Positions 24,324 through 40,384 of a DNA stretch of 64,000 bases are shown here, piece by piece. The notes under the pieces were generated by a model, which saw nothing but the letters and a program-made list of their open reading frames with translations, did not search any database and had not been told where the DNA came from. The stretch comes from Chrysomallon squamiferum (lineage: Eukaryota > Animalia > Mollusca): assembly GCA_012295275.1 (NCBI GenBank), contig CM022666.1, positions 5,270,001 to 5,334,000 of the forward strand, in the 5' to 3' direction. Position numbers and translations under genes: made by a program. The first letter of the stretch is position 1. Every line of letters begins with the position of its first letter.

Positions 24324-26511
24324 TAATAATAGTAATAATAATAATAATAATAACAACATTTTCATTTAATTTAACAAATCTATTTCCAAAATGCAGTGTG
24401 TGTGTGTTAAAATCAGAAACAAACACACAACTCAAAAATCAGTTTCATAATCTCTAAAGGAATTCTGGAGGGGGGGGTTAAGTATATTAAAGCATGGCTG
24501 AGATTATCTCCTCAAAGTATGAACAGACCAGAGTAGGTTGTCTGATTCAAAAACAAGTTTCTAAAATGTATAACATGTAATACTGAACATTTTTAATAAT
24601 AATTATATAGCACTATTAAAAAACTGCATAAATTTCACTATTACATGATTACTGCAATGTTAAATCTGGAACCCAAAAAGTAGCAAAACAGAAAAGAAAA
24701 CAACAACAACAAAAAGAAGAAAAAGAAATTAGACACTCTTATGTTACCTTTTAAAAGCTGTTCAAGAAAAATAACTATTTAGTGAAACTCCTGGTTTCCA
24801 GCAATCATCGACATGGATTTAAGGAACCAGGAATACGCTAAGGTCAGCTGGTTTTAGAGGGCGTGGACACTATCAGCCCCTCAGTGAAAATATTTTCTAG
24901 TCTGAAAATGCAGCTTGTTATTGGAGACAAGTAACACAAAATTATCTATTACTTGTTATTATTCGCGACTCTCGGGATCCAGTGGAACAAATCAGTCCTG
25001 GTCAGAGAGCATGGTTTTGTCAACTGATCGCTCATTCCACAAGGAAAATTATTTTTATTATTATTTGTTTTTCCTCATATAATCAGATGAATAAATTAGA
25101 GACTGATCTTACTACTTTTATAAATTTGAAATTATTTATATGTCAGATTGTTGAATATGCATCTGCAGTTTAAAGGAAATACATACACGGATCATATTCA
25201 TACTGAACACATCAAGTTTTTCAAGTATTAATTGTTATGGGTGTTTTGTCTTTCTAATTATTTGATAAAATACAAGGGCAGCAGCGGGTGTCAATCATGT
25301 TGATGTCAGTGATAACAAACCAAGTCTTCTGTATTTGTATAGAAAAGAGAGAGAGAGAGAAAAAGAAATGTTCACTTTCTCCAAAGCAGATCTTACTCGT
25401 ATGTTTAATCTGTGGTGAAAATGTTGATTAATGGAATTTTATCAGGATTTTTTTGTTTTTTTATGATGAGCAATGTTCCCATCCGGACCGTTTAGTTATG
25501 ACGAACTATTTATAGACTGGATGGAAATCTCATTTCTTGAAGATTTTTATTTATTACTTATCAGAAACCTTAATCTAAAGAAACACACACACACATATTT
25601 CTTAAATAATATATTATAACCGTATGCTTTTTATTTGCAAATGGCAGTCATGACCAACTATTGTTATGTTAAGGAACTCATCTAGCATTTCATTTTAAAA
25701 CATTTTAGAATTGTATTTGTGTTCATTATCAACAACAACAACATCTGCAACAGAATAATGCATTAATACTTTCTGATTCCGTGTGTTAATAATAGGGATA
25801 ATGTTTTCTCTCGGTAAAAGCTTCGACTACTGATTGTGACGAGCTATTTCTGGGTAGAAAGCTCAGAACTTGAAGAAATATTTATTCTCCAAAATTCTTA
25901 AAGGGACTCCCTCCACCTCATTGTTAATATACTGTTATTCAAAATACATGTATCGACAACAAGACTAAAAAAGTGTATTACAATTATCAAAAAACAACAT
26001 ATTAAACCATTTTCCAATAGCACAATTAATTATTAATGTAAGAAGTATAAAAATAAATACAAAATGTTAAAGATACCACCTTTATTTTAAAAAAACAACA
26101 ACCATTAAATCGAATTAAATCTTTATTTGATTATTATTATTATATCTGTTTTAATAATAAATTATCTTACTTCAGACAAAAAAAGTTCTTTAGTAAAAAC
26201 TGATACAAAACCATAAAAAAAAAAAGAAGCGACAGAAAAATAATTTTATAAATAAAATACCTATTTATAATTAGAAAAATAAACAAATAAATAAATAAAG
26301 TAATAAAGTAATAACAATAATATGTAATAATTAAAAACATTAGTATTAGAGCAATTTTCAGTATAAGATGATGAATTAGGGCTGCTTGGTTGGGGAAAAT
26401 AGTATAAATTATATTTTGAAATATATATTAAAATCACAAACAAGCAATCACAAAAAAGTAATACAGAAAATTATACATTAACAGTTACAATTGAGGCTTC
26501 TCGTAACAGTT

Positions 26512-28372
26512 TTACAGCATATACAGACCAAAGTAGGTTGTCTCAGAATCTCTCAAAATGTTCTTCACAACTGACGTTCTCACCACTACAGTGTCATTGG
26601 CTTTCAGGTAGTAAACAGCTCCAATGTAGGAACGAACAAAACCTTCCTGGTATCTTCCTACTTTGAATGTTGTTTGAGGATTTCTGTAGAGGACTTCATA
26701 ATTTGGATATTTTTCAATTGAGTGACACAGTCTATAGTATTCAAGCTGTCTGACTTGGTTGGCATGGAATAAAACGTTGCTGTATATGAAGTAGTAAGCA
26801 GTTTCTTTGACTTGAATCCCGTCAGCGACAACAGCCACACCTCCTTTCACAAACGATCTTTTACCAGACGACGTCCATTTGATGAGAGGCTTCGGTGTGT
26901 CTGAAACGTTTGTAAGAATGAACGACTTTTAAATAATATTTTTATTTTAAATTGTCGATAGTTGTAGTTACTATTAGTAATATATTTCTTATTAATAATA
27001 TAATATTAATAATATAATACAAATTTTCGCTATTAACTACTTTACCACAATAACTGATATTATCACTAGTAGCACTGCTATTATTATTGGTATCACAATT
27101 TCTACTATTATTTTCTAACCATTACTAAGAACTAAGTGATAACTACCACTACTACGTTTACCAGACCAACTTTTTAAAGTAACGACTACTGTTACTTCTA
27201 TTTACTACTACCACATCTATTACCAAATCACCTATTTTAACTGAGTACTACTACTCTTCCACTACAACTACTACTACTACTACTACTAGTACTACTGGGT
27301 TTTTTTTCTTACTTTTGTCATATGTTGCATTCAGTTCCATTTGTAGATGAGCCGATGTCTTCACATCAGCCGGTTTCTTCAGTTCATTAGCGACATCTCT
27401 GATCTCCTCAAGTTTCTTTTCTAATATATAAATATGAACATTATATATAAAGTACACATGTAACATTCACATAGTTTGTTTCATTTTATTCTAGGTTGGT
27501 TATTTTGTTTACTAACAATAAGGGTACATGCAAATACAAAATTATAAACACTTGTGTGGATATTTAAATATGTCTGGTTTCTCTTTGTGTATGTGTCTTT
27601 TTGTGGGTTTGTCTGTCTGGGTTTATTTATGTGTCTTTTTGTGGGATTGTGTGTCTGTGTTTGAGTCTTTGTTTGTGTGTGTATGTTTATGGTTGTGCTT
27701 TGTGTATCTGTGTTTATGCGACTTTGTGTTTTTACGTATGTCTGTGTGTATACATGTATCTGTGTTAACTTACCACATTTCTCAGCTTTTGTTTGACTTT
27801 CACTCAGTTTCTAAAAATAATGTTAATAACCACTTTGAAACTCGTCCATAATAATACATTTTAAATTTATAAATATATTTCATCACAATTAATTTCTCGT
27901 TTTCATAATTCAAATATTGTTAAACGTATATGGATTCTTTATCTTTTTCTTATTTTTATTTTTTTTTCAATTTCATTTGTAATCAACTTAACTTTTTATA
28001 ATAACTTTATACAGGATTTACCTATTTCTTAAGTTCATACTTATTTTTTTCTTCTTTTTAATGTATTTATGAATTTTTTTTATCTTTTTTAGAATTTAAA
28101 ATAGAATTTACCTTTTTCATAATTTCACTGATCACTTTTTCTCCATCGTTGTAACAACAATACGTGATATTGTTCCTGGTTCTCGTGGTAAATCTGTCAT
28201 CACAACAGTTTTCTCCTGGTTTGCACGAGATTTTCACACACAGTTCCTGATCAAGCAACACGTTGGTTTCTCTGATCAGAAATTCTTTTAATGTTCCAAA
28301 TACAGTGACACTGATGAGTATGAAGTTTAGTACCATAAGAGAAATGGCAAGGACAGGACGAATTGGTACCAT
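26512..28372 (-). CDS. TNF superfamily ligand, copy 4, 264 aa
   Basis: Exons 28372-28112, 27810-27774, 27420-27313, 26900-26512; canonical splice sites and open frame. Confidence 0.92.
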
Positions 28373-29549
28373 TTTGTGTATCAATTTTTAATTCCATTAG
28401 AAATAATCTGTAAAACATGACCAAAAAAAAACAACAAATGGTATTAGTAATAAATAATACCAAGATAAATACACACACACGCATACGTAAACATACACAA
28501 TATACACACACCTATATGAAACATTATTTCAGCAAACCAAAAATATACACATGTACATACACATAAATATAAAACTTTCAAACAATGGTTATATAAATAA
28601 ATAAAATAATAAATGTTACCAAGACAAATTCACACACAATATACACACGTACATATTAGTGGAAGTATTTTGATCAGGTGACTGACCATGGCGATGATGG
28701 CTTATTTGCAGTTTCTATCGCCTAATCATCTTATTTTTCCAAGAAGTTAGAAAACACTTCGCACTCGATAGATTTTGATGATTTAATTAAATCAATAACG
28801 TATTGTTTTTTCTTGTGAAAAACTTATAAACGAACAACAGCACTCGGTGAACTCGGGTAGGGCTTAATAGCGGAAAGTATGATTTTCTCGTAAACCAGCG
28901 GAGATCAGATTTCACAAGCAAGAAGGAAAATACCTTGACTAAAGTACTGTCAAAGTTCGAATAACACATTTAATCACCTTCGTAGGTAGATCGTCTGGCT
29001 ATTGAAACACTTCTGTAAAAAAATACTCCGATGAAAACAAAATTTGAGGTAATGTTCTCGTTATCCGTTCCTAAAACCTTGGCTAGTTGGTTTAGTGCAA
29101 AGGCAGAAAAAATCTGTCAAAGCTTGCCAGGGCCTCATTCTACATATCCGCTCTGTTTGCTGATATTGTATCGTCCTCAAAAGATCACGTCCAGGGCTGG
29201 TTTCCTCTCAGTGCCAGAAATTCAAACTACCGTGAATGTTATTGTTTATAGATCGCAACGTGAATCTGATAACTCAGTTTTCCTGCTTTATAACAACAGA
29301 ACTGTTACATTAAGCTGCCAGTGGCACGACTTGCACGTGCATTTTGCAGATTTTCGAGATACCAGCCAAATAAATGAGTGCTGTATGTTCTATGGCTTTC
29401 ATTATACTAACCTGACAACGCATGTGCTAGATACTTATCGACCTTACCGCGATGTTTTGTTTTTTCAAGTTGGTGTAATATCACTTAATATTGTATTATA
29501 CAAATGAAATTAGGACCGTAAAAATCCTAAACAGCATTGTTAATTTATA

Positions 29550-30150
29550 AATTTTTTATAAATAAATTTAACCTTTGAAATAAGTGAAATTATACTTTTA
29601 TATAAATATAGTTAACCTATGAAATAAGTAAAATTATAATTTATATAAATATAGATAACCTATGAAATAAGTAAATTATACTTTTATATTAATATAGATA
29701 GCCTACGAAATAAGTGAAAATATAATTTTATATAAACAAATATAACCTATGAAATAAGTGAAATTCAAATTTTATATAAATATATATAACCTGTGAAATA
29801 AATGAAATTATAATTGTATATAAATATACATGACCTACGAAATAAGTGAAAATATAATTTTATATAATTAAATATAACCTGTGAAATGATGAAATTTTAC
29901 TTTATATAAATATATATAGCCTATGATATAAGAGAAATTATAATTTTTTATAAATAAATATAACCTATGAAATCAGTGAAATTATAATTTTATGTAAATA
30001 AATTTAACCTGTGAAATCAGTGAAATTATACTTTTATATAAATATATATAACCTATGAAATAAATGAAATTATAATTCTACATAAATATATATATGCTAT
30101 GAAGTAAATGAAATTATAATTTTATATAAATATATATAATAAGTAAAACA
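29550..30150. repeat. About 39-bp AT-rich minisatellite in intron 1 of copy 4
   Basis: Unit aacctatgaaataagtgaaattataattttatataaatatatat, about 15 copies. Confidence 0.9.
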
Positions 30151-30159
30151 TTTACATAC

Positions 30160-30415
30160 CTAAATTAGGCTGCCTCTGTGTTCACAATGGAGTGAATCAC
30201 GTCTACGACAGAAACGCTATCTGACAGGCTGCGTTGATTTTTATATCAGCTACTTTGAAAAGGTCGTATGACTTCGTCTACCTCCTTTCAGAGAATAATA
30301 ATTTTCTTCGTAACTGGGCTTTCCACCCAAGCTGTATGTAGATATCAGTCAAGCGTATTACTTTGAAAAGATCGTATCATATTTTCTACCAGCTCACTCG
30401 ATCATTTTTGATTGG
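30160..30415 (-). promoter_or_regulatory. Putative promoter and non-coding exon 1 of copy 4
   Basis: CCAAT at about 30411-30415, TATA at about 30238-30245, and donor ttag|gtatgt after 30160; homologous to 10131-10363. Confidence 0.5.
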
Positions 30416-30964
30416 CTAAGAGTAAATGTCGTCTGCTTTATTTAAGTTTATTACTTAATGTTTTTTCTTCTGTCGTTTTTAATTTTTCGCTATAGATTTC
30501 ATATAGTCATTTAATATACTATGAATAATATGAACAAAGTTATTATATGTATTTTTTTGTCTGTTTGTATTGTTCATAAATAAACTACATATTATAGTAG
30601 TTATTGCTATAATAGTAGTAGTAATAGTGGTAGTTGTTGTTTTAGTTGTAGTAGTAATAATAGTTGTTGTTGTTGTTGCGGCTGGTTTTGTCGTTATTGT
30701 TAAATAAAGAGTACAGCGTAATTTCTATTCCTGTGTCAACTAAACCATAAACAACAAAAGGAAAACATGTAGTCTGTGTATCACACAGTGGAAAGTTCCA
30801 GCCCGGATTTGTCATTTTACACATAATCGGAATAAATAAGTGTAGTCATCCATTTATTATTACAGGGCCAGGAATATAAAATGTCTCAGAAATATCTCCC
30901 TGTGACAGAAGAATCTTCTGTTTGTAAATGTCGCTTGTATCATGACTGTTGATTCAGTCTGCCG

Positions 30965-30966
30965 AA

Positions 30967-31065
<99 letters not shown>

Positions 31066-31067
31066 AT
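30965..31067. repeat. (AAAT)n microsatellite
   Basis: Directly visible tetranucleotide run. Confidence 0.95.
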
Positions 31068-31335
31068 CTCACTGGCCGAATCGGGAATAAACGGGTTAGA
31101 TTAAAGAAAGAGGTTTCATACTGTGCAGGGGTGGTGAATTGTTACACTTATTAATTAGGCAGGATTAAAGAAAGAGTCTTCATATTGTGCAGGGGTGATG
31201 CTTGGGTCCAGCTTACTGATTAGGATAGATTTAAACTAAGAGCTTCCTATTGTAAATGATTCATAAAATGTTCCATGTAAAATGTGTTTCACTATACATT
31301 CTCCAGCTTGTTTTAGAATCAGAAGTATGTTTAAT

Positions 31336-31395
31336 ATGGAAGTTATTCATACCAATAAGGGTGATATCAAAATCTGTTATGAAGGGTTCGTGTAT
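31336..31395 (+). mobile_element. Possible FLYWCH/MULE transposase N-terminal relic
   Basis: Translates MEVIHTNKGDIKICYEGFVY, resembling the FLYWCH start (S.KG..KL.Y.GY.Y). An inverted paralog lies at about 9240-9285. Confidence 0.35.
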
Positions 31396-31870
31396 GCTGC
31401 GGCAGAATTTCTTCGTGATATCGAGTGGAACATCAGACTAAACCATCAACATTAAAATCAAAGAACATTAACAAAATGTGTTTAATCTATCTTTCATTGC
31501 TAATATATTTCTTAATTGAAAATTGTGACTGTTTTTCGGGAATAATTATCATCTGCTGAATGGTAGGTGTAACTGGACTCTTGTTTACCAGAAAGATCTG
31601 CCGACAGACGTCAAACTGCAAGGTCGGGAACACGTTGACAAATAACGTGAGTCACTTTTTAATAAAAATACGGAGATATTTTTTTTTTTTTTTTTTTTTT
31701 TTATTAGGAAAGAACTATGGAACAATTCCAGGGGAATATATATATATGTTTTCTTATTAGATTATGCATGTGTTCATACTTTTGTTTAATATATATTACC
31801 AGTGAAGGGATTTCTTTCATGTTTGTCAGGCTTTGAATACTCACAGATAATTTTAGCATATTATTCTTTA

Positions 31871-31945
31871 GTACGAAGATACCAAGAAAATGTTGTTGCT
31901 TCCTACATTGGAGCTGTTGACTACCTGAAAGTCAGTGACACTGTA
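31871..31945 (+). pseudogene. Isolated fragment of the TNF last exon
   Basis: VRRYQENVVASYIGAVDYLKVSDTV, clearly homologous to the intact copies and oriented opposite to the neighbouring genes. Confidence 0.8.
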
Positions 31946-32164
31946 TATACACATTCAAATACAATACATTCTATAAAATTGTTAAATTAAATAAAATTGT
32001 GTATTATTATCACCACCTTACCCTTAAAACCATTATAATACTACAGTTTTTATTTATTTATTAATTATTATTATTATTATTATTATTTTTTTTTTTTTTT
32101 TTTTTTATTCGTTTATTTATTATTATTATTGTTGTTTTCGTTGCTAGTTAGTTATTTTCACACA

Positions 32165-32202
<38 letters not shown>

Positions 32203-33068
32203 AGACACACACACATACATATTATTTAAAATATTTTTGACACTGTAATCGGATTCTTTGAATAGTTGCCAGTATTTTTAATAACAGCATATTAACGCTA
32301 TGGTCTTCGCTTCTTTTTACCTCCCATGAAGATTTCAGATCTGTAATAAATACTCATTTTATTCGGCAAATGGGCTATAAATAGATGTTACATCAGCCGA
32401 ATTACTAATAAACGGATTCACAAAGTTTGAATACATTATTATTATTATAGATAAATAAATGTTTTGTTGTTGTTGTTGTTACTGTTGTTGAAAATTAAAA
32501 TGAACACCGATACCTTTTTGTCTTTTTTTTTTTAATGTTTAGCTAGGTGGATCTCGCTTTAACGATGTTTTCTTTTTTAAATTATTTATTTCTTCTTATC
32601 TAAAAAAAAAAAAAATGTTTTAAGTCAAATCTGATCAGCGAGAACCACTGTTTTTAACATCAGGTTCTGTAAATTAGTCTCCCTGCTCAACGATTTGTTT
32701 TACCTAACCATTTTAACAGTCGGAAATTTTTTAACCAATTACATCGTTAAACCGAGGTAATAAAAACCAAATAATAAACAAAATAATAACTAAAATAAGC
32801 GCGTAGAATTTGATCAGTGTAGATCACTGCATCACGTAGATGTTTTTGTCAAAGTATTTGTTTTATTTTCAAATTCGCCAATTCTTATAAAAATGTAACA
32901 TTTACATTCTAATGACAACATCCACTTCACCATTCTTGTTGAAATGAGTCTTCCTAAAAAGATACTTTGACAACGATTCCAGAAATAGTAGTGGAAATTA
33001 AACATGGGTTTTATGAATACATATTTGTACATTTATGATTGTGTTTGTGTATGGGTCTGCTAACTTAC

Positions 33069-33443
33069 CACTTTTCTCAGCTTTTGTGTGACTTTCACTC
33101 AGTTTCTAAAAAGAATGTTAATAACCACTTTGAAACTCGTCCATAATAATCAGTTTTAAATTTATAAATATGTTTCAGCACAATGAATTTCACCTATTCA
33201 TAATACAAATATTATATTATTAAACGTTTATGGATCTTTCTTGTCAATTTCATTTATAATGAACTTTACTATATCATATTTTGATATAGAATTTACCCAT
33301 TTCTACATAAAACTTTTTTTTTTGTAGTTGTAGTTGTTGCTGCATTTAATGTATTTATGAAACTGATGAGTATCAAGTTTACTACCATAAAAGAAATGGC
33401 AATGACCTGACGAATTGACTTCATTTTCCTTTAGATGCAGTCT
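33069..33443 (-). pseudogene. Decayed TNF-ligand copy (deleted first coding exon plus 37-nt exon)
   Basis: The 37-nt exon at 33105-33069 keeps intact splice sites. The exon remnant MKSIRQVIAISFMVVNLILISF has the same deletion as 8539-8905. Confidence 0.75.
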
Positions 33444-35130
33444 GTGCCAAACATGATACAAATGTTATTAGTAATCAGTAATACTGAGATAAAGATACAC
33501 AGATAAATAACATTCTTTCAAAAAATAAAATAAAAGTAAAATAATAAATAAAACCACACACACGCGCACGCAACAGATACTACACGAACAACAGAATATT
33601 CTTTAAAACGGTTAGAATAAGACTATAGGAAAATAATGACATATCTTGCGAAAATATGTATTGCCTTCTACTACCTTTTCGTTGCATAAATGATAATATT
33701 GTATTGAAAACAAACAAACAAAAAAAAAAAAAACTTTACGAAATGGGGGATTTTTTCGATGACGCAATGTCACTCAAATCACATTTTGATTGGATATGAG
33801 AAAATATAACCTTATCGAGAGGATACAATAAACGACCAGTAGGTTGCTATTGTTGTAGTTCTTCTTATTATTATTAATATCAAGATAAAAGCTGGGTCGG
33901 CAACCTTTTGCAGAGAGGAGGCCAGACTGGCAAGCAATGTTTTCCTATGAAGTAGACAGACATTTAATATATCGTGACAATCACAAATTAGATCCACATT
34001 TCACAGCCATGACGTCATTGTAGGTCATAGGGACTCAGAAGTAAATACGTGGGCCGTGCATTGTTTTTATCAGCTGAGTCACTTAGCAAAAAACTGTTTA
34101 TAAACACTGCTCAGTAGAATTACTTTTAAAGATAATGAATGAACTGGAGTTTATACGAAAAATGTCAAATGAACAAATTACAGTCGGGTTTTCTGATCAG
34201 CAGACCAAATAGACATTGAAGACTGCATAATTATTAAAACTTAATCATGATATGTGTGTGTGAATGTGCATGTATGTAGGTGTATCTATATAAGTATGTG
34301 ATATGTACATGGTTATATAACAGCAATATTTAACTTACTGTCTATAAAGTACACAAATTATGCTTCATAAAATAAAACTTAAATCATGTCACTGACTGGT
34401 GTATAAGTGAAATATTCTCATTAATTTTACTTGATATTTAAAAAAGAAAAGAAGAAAAAGAAGAAAATGATAAATGCAGAAGAAGACATTTGTACTACAT
34501 TTAAAGTAACAATCCAAGTAATAAAAATTATGAACAGGTGAACAGAGGTAACGCTGTAGTCTTTATTTAACAACAATGACAGCAGCAAACAAAACTAATT
34601 ATAATGATGATGATGATAATAATGATAAATTTAATAGTAGTAGTAGTAGCAGCAGCAGCACTAATATAAATAGTAGCAGTAGTAGAAAGAATAATATTAG
34701 TAATCATGATTATATAGTAATAATATAGCAGTAGTAATAATGATGAAAGTAATAGTGGTGATGAAGTTAATGATAATTATAACAGTGATAATAAAAGTAA
34801 TAATGATGATGATGATGGTAGTGATAATAAAATTAAAACATAATATTTATGAAACTGAAATGCGTCTAAAAAGAAAGGTCTTATTGTGATAAAACAAAAA
34901 ATGCTTTAAATAGATTGTTTATTATACAGATTTTACATGAATGTTTCAAATGTAACGTTTATATAAACATTTATTACTCTGATCATTCCAATGCATGAGT
35001 ACACACTGTATAAAGAACACTTAATTTGTATTACTCATTATAAACCAATCAGCGAACATTTAACTTTCATCAGTTAATTTACATAGAAAGCCAGTAATAT
35101 TTAAATATTTATTCACTGAATACAGCACAC

Positions 35131-35173
<43 letters not shown>

Positions 35174-35516
35174 GTTATCTTCAATACTGAGCATCAAAAA
35201 CGGATGCTAGGAAGCAAGGCTGCTTTGGTCTGGAAATCAAATGTGAAAATAGAAATTTATGTAACATAAACCACCGCCCCTATCATTCTGCCGCCCTCGA
35301 CACTAGCCTAGCAAACCTGCATACAAATACATAATTATGAAAACGTTTGTGCATACATAAATATGTGTGGATATATGTTTTTGTGTGAGTGTCTTTTTGT
35401 GTGTTTGTCTGTGTTTGTGTTTATGTATATAATGAATGAGTATGTCTCTGTGTTTGTTTGTGTGTCTGTGTGTGTAAGTTTATGATTTACTTTTGTATAT
35501 GTCTGTGCTAACTTGC

Positions 35517-35553
35517 CACTTTTCTCTGCTTTTGTATGATTTTCAAACAGTTT
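35517..35553 (-). pseudogene. Orphan degenerate TNF 37-nt exon
   Basis: aaactgtttgaaaatcatacaaaagcagagaaaagtg with flanking intron homology; the donor has changed to GC. Confidence 0.6.
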
Positions 35554-36065
35554 CTGAAAAGAATATTAATAACCATTTTAAATTTCGTCTATTTTAAATT
35601 AATTATAAATTTATAAATATTTTTCAGCACAATGAATTTCTCCTTTTCATAATATTAAAGTAGAGTTCATCTTTTGTGAACGATGATGATTTTCGTTGAT
35701 TATTTTATTAATAAAATTCTGGGTGATGATGTAGACAATAAAATTATCAACGATGAGGTTGACATTGAATTTTTGAATGAGGATCTTGACAGTAAAATTC
35801 TGAATAATGATGATGACAGTGAAAATCTGAATGATGATGTAGGATGATGGCCATGACAACCTCTGTTTTTACTTATGAGAATGTAACATTTTAGGTTTTA
35901 AATTAATTTCTTTTCGTCTATCTTTCATTGTCTGATCGTCGCTGGTTTCAAAAAATTATTCTTAGCCTGACAAAACCAGATCTGTTAAAAGATGAAAAGA
36001 GAGAAAGTAAAAAAGAAAAAAGAATTAATTTCATGGAATAAGTTTAGATCATATATATATGAAAG

Positions 36066-36096
<31 letters not shown>

Positions 36097-36479
36097 CATA
36101 TATATAATTAATTCATTAATAATTAATAAGTATAAGTAATTAAATAATAACAACTTTCAATTAAATAAAACTGTACAAAAAATATTCATTAATTAATTGA
36201 AATAATTTACCTTCTTACGTAGATCCATAAAACTGAACCAAACAGTTCCTTGAGCACCACAATGGACAAAAATAGTTGGTTTTCTGCAATGTCTAGTCTC
36301 TCCGTCCTGTGAAAGTAAATTGTAAAAACAGATAATTAAAATTTAAACAAATATAAAAAAAACATATTACTTCTATTAGTGTCTTTAAGGTTGCTAAACA
36401 CACTCAGATATATACAAATAATATTTGATAAAACGTTTTGCCATGACTGGATAAATTCATTCATTTTCTGTTTTTCCTT

Positions 36480-38166
<1,687 letters not shown>

Positions 38167-38782
38167 AGCGCACAACAGATACTACACAAACAACATAATA
38201 TTTTTTCAAACAATTAAAATAAGACTATAGGAAAATAATGACATATCTTTCAGAAATATATATTGCCTTATTCTTCCTTTTCGTTAACGAAATGATTTTT
38301 ATATTATGTGTTAGAGACAGCTGCACTTTAGAAGATAATAATATTGAATTGAAAACAAACAGAAAATTAAGTTTCCCATAAACTGGTTTTTTTTCCGATG
38401 ACGCGTTGTCCTTCAAATCACATTTTGATTGGCTCTGAGAAAATAAAATATTATCGAGAGGATGACATGCTTAGAATCAAAACTGAAAACAAAATTAATA
38501 ATTAAAAGTTGCATAATGTTCATAAATAAACTACGTGCATTTATTGCTGGTTGTTACTGTTGTAGTTCTTGTTATTATTAATATTAACATTGCTGTTGTC
38601 ATTCAGAGTTCAGGTGGAAAAAATTAAAAAAAACAAAAAAAAATAAACAAAAAAAACAAACAATACAAATAAGTCACATACTATTAGCGCACAAAACACA
38701 CACACAAACAAACACACAACACACAAACAACACACACACAACAACACAAAACACACACACAACACACACACAACACACACAC

Positions 38783-38823
<41 letters not shown>

Positions 38824-38824
38824 G

Positions 38825-38867
<43 letters not shown>

Positions 38868-38880
38868 CACACACAAACAT

Positions 38881-38915
<35 letters not shown>

Positions 38916-39147
38916 GTGACTATTTAAGAATATTGCCTGAGTTGTTTTTATGATAGAAACTACGCCAAGTACATGTAACACAATAAACAGAAACAAAAAC
39001 ATGTAAACACAAACGTAACAACTGACTACAAATTTCAGGTAGTTTAATCATTTTTTTTTTTTGGACGCCTAACCCTAAATAAATGAACAAAAAGTTAATG
39101 CAGAATATCTGTATTATCTGTTTTCAAATTCCCTTTAAAGAGTATAA

Positions 39148-39270
39148 CTGGTCGGAACCTTTTGCACAGAGGTTATCAGACAGCACATGGATGTAAATGA
39201 TATGCAGTGTTTTCGAGGAGGATCAAGTTAATGTAATAATTGGTGGGTGACAAAGCGTTGCCGACCCCTG
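39148..39270. mobile_element. Degenerate short hAT-type MITE
   Basis: ctggtcggaacctttt...aaagcgttgccgacccctg, resembling the CAGGGGTCGGCAAC TIR. Related pieces at about 8010-8050, 33890-33935 and 59028-59283. Confidence 0.5.
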
Positions 39271-40298
39271 AACAGTAGTAGCGTGAATAAAGCAGACAAA
39301 GAGAAATGAGATCACACGTTAGATAAACATTTCACAGACAGCGACGTCATTGTAGGTACATTTTTCCGGGACTTTCCAAACAGCTGTTTATAAACACTGC
39401 ACGGGTTGAACTACTTTTAAGTATGTGATATGAACATGGTTATATAACAGCAATATTTAACCTACTGTCTATAAAGTATACAAATTATCCTTCATAAAAT
39501 AAAAATTAAATCATGTCACTGACTGGTGTATAAGTGAAAAGTGAGTTGAAAAATATTCTCATTAATTTTACTTGATATTTAAAAAGAAAAAGAAGAAAAA
39601 GAAAAAATGATAAATGCAGAACAAGACATTTGTACTACATTTAAAGTAACTATCCAAGTAATAAAAATTATGAACAGGTGACCAGAGGTATCAAGTCTTT
39701 ATTTAACAACAATGACAACAGCAAACAAAAAACTAATGATAATGATGATGATGATGATGATGATAAATTTAATAGTAGTAGTAGTAGCAGCAGCACTAAT
39801 ATAAATAGTAGGAGTAGTAGAAAGAATAATACTAGTAATCATGATTATATAGTAATAATATAGCAGTAGTAATAATGATGAAGATGATAGTGGTAATAAA
39901 GTTAATGATAATTATGACAGTCATAATAAAATTAATAATGATGATGATGATGATGATGGTGAAAATAAAATTAATAATCATAATATTTATGATTTTGAAA
40001 TGCTTCTAAAAAGAAAAGTCTTATTGTGATAAAACAAAAAAATGCTTTAAATAGATTGTTTATTATGCAAATTGTACATGAAATTTTAAATGTAATGTAT
40101 ATATAAACATTTATTACTCTGATCATTTCAATGCATGAGTACATACTGTATAAAGAAAATCCTTTTTAACTGGATCATCCACTTAACTTGTATTATTCAT
40201 TATAAACCAATCAGTGAACATTTAACTTTTAACTTTCATCAGTTAATTTATATAGAAAACCAGTAATATTTAAATATTTATTCACTGAATACAGCACA

Positions 40299-40384
<86 letters not shown>

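Noticed and set aside
29031-29507. 158-aa + strand ORF
   Set aside because: It is antisense within intron 1 of copy 4, made of duplicated non-coding pieces, diverges in frame in the paralog at 56805-57190, and has no motif.
29550-30150. CRISPR-like periodicity in the 39-bp and 73-bp arrays
   Set aside because: The units are head-to-tail with no unique spacers, there are no cas genes, and the context is eukaryotic.
36211-36306. IFVHCGAQG resembling the PTP active-site motif
   Set aside because: It lacks the HCxxGxxR arginine, the reading frame is ambiguous, and there is no other phosphatase sequence nearby.
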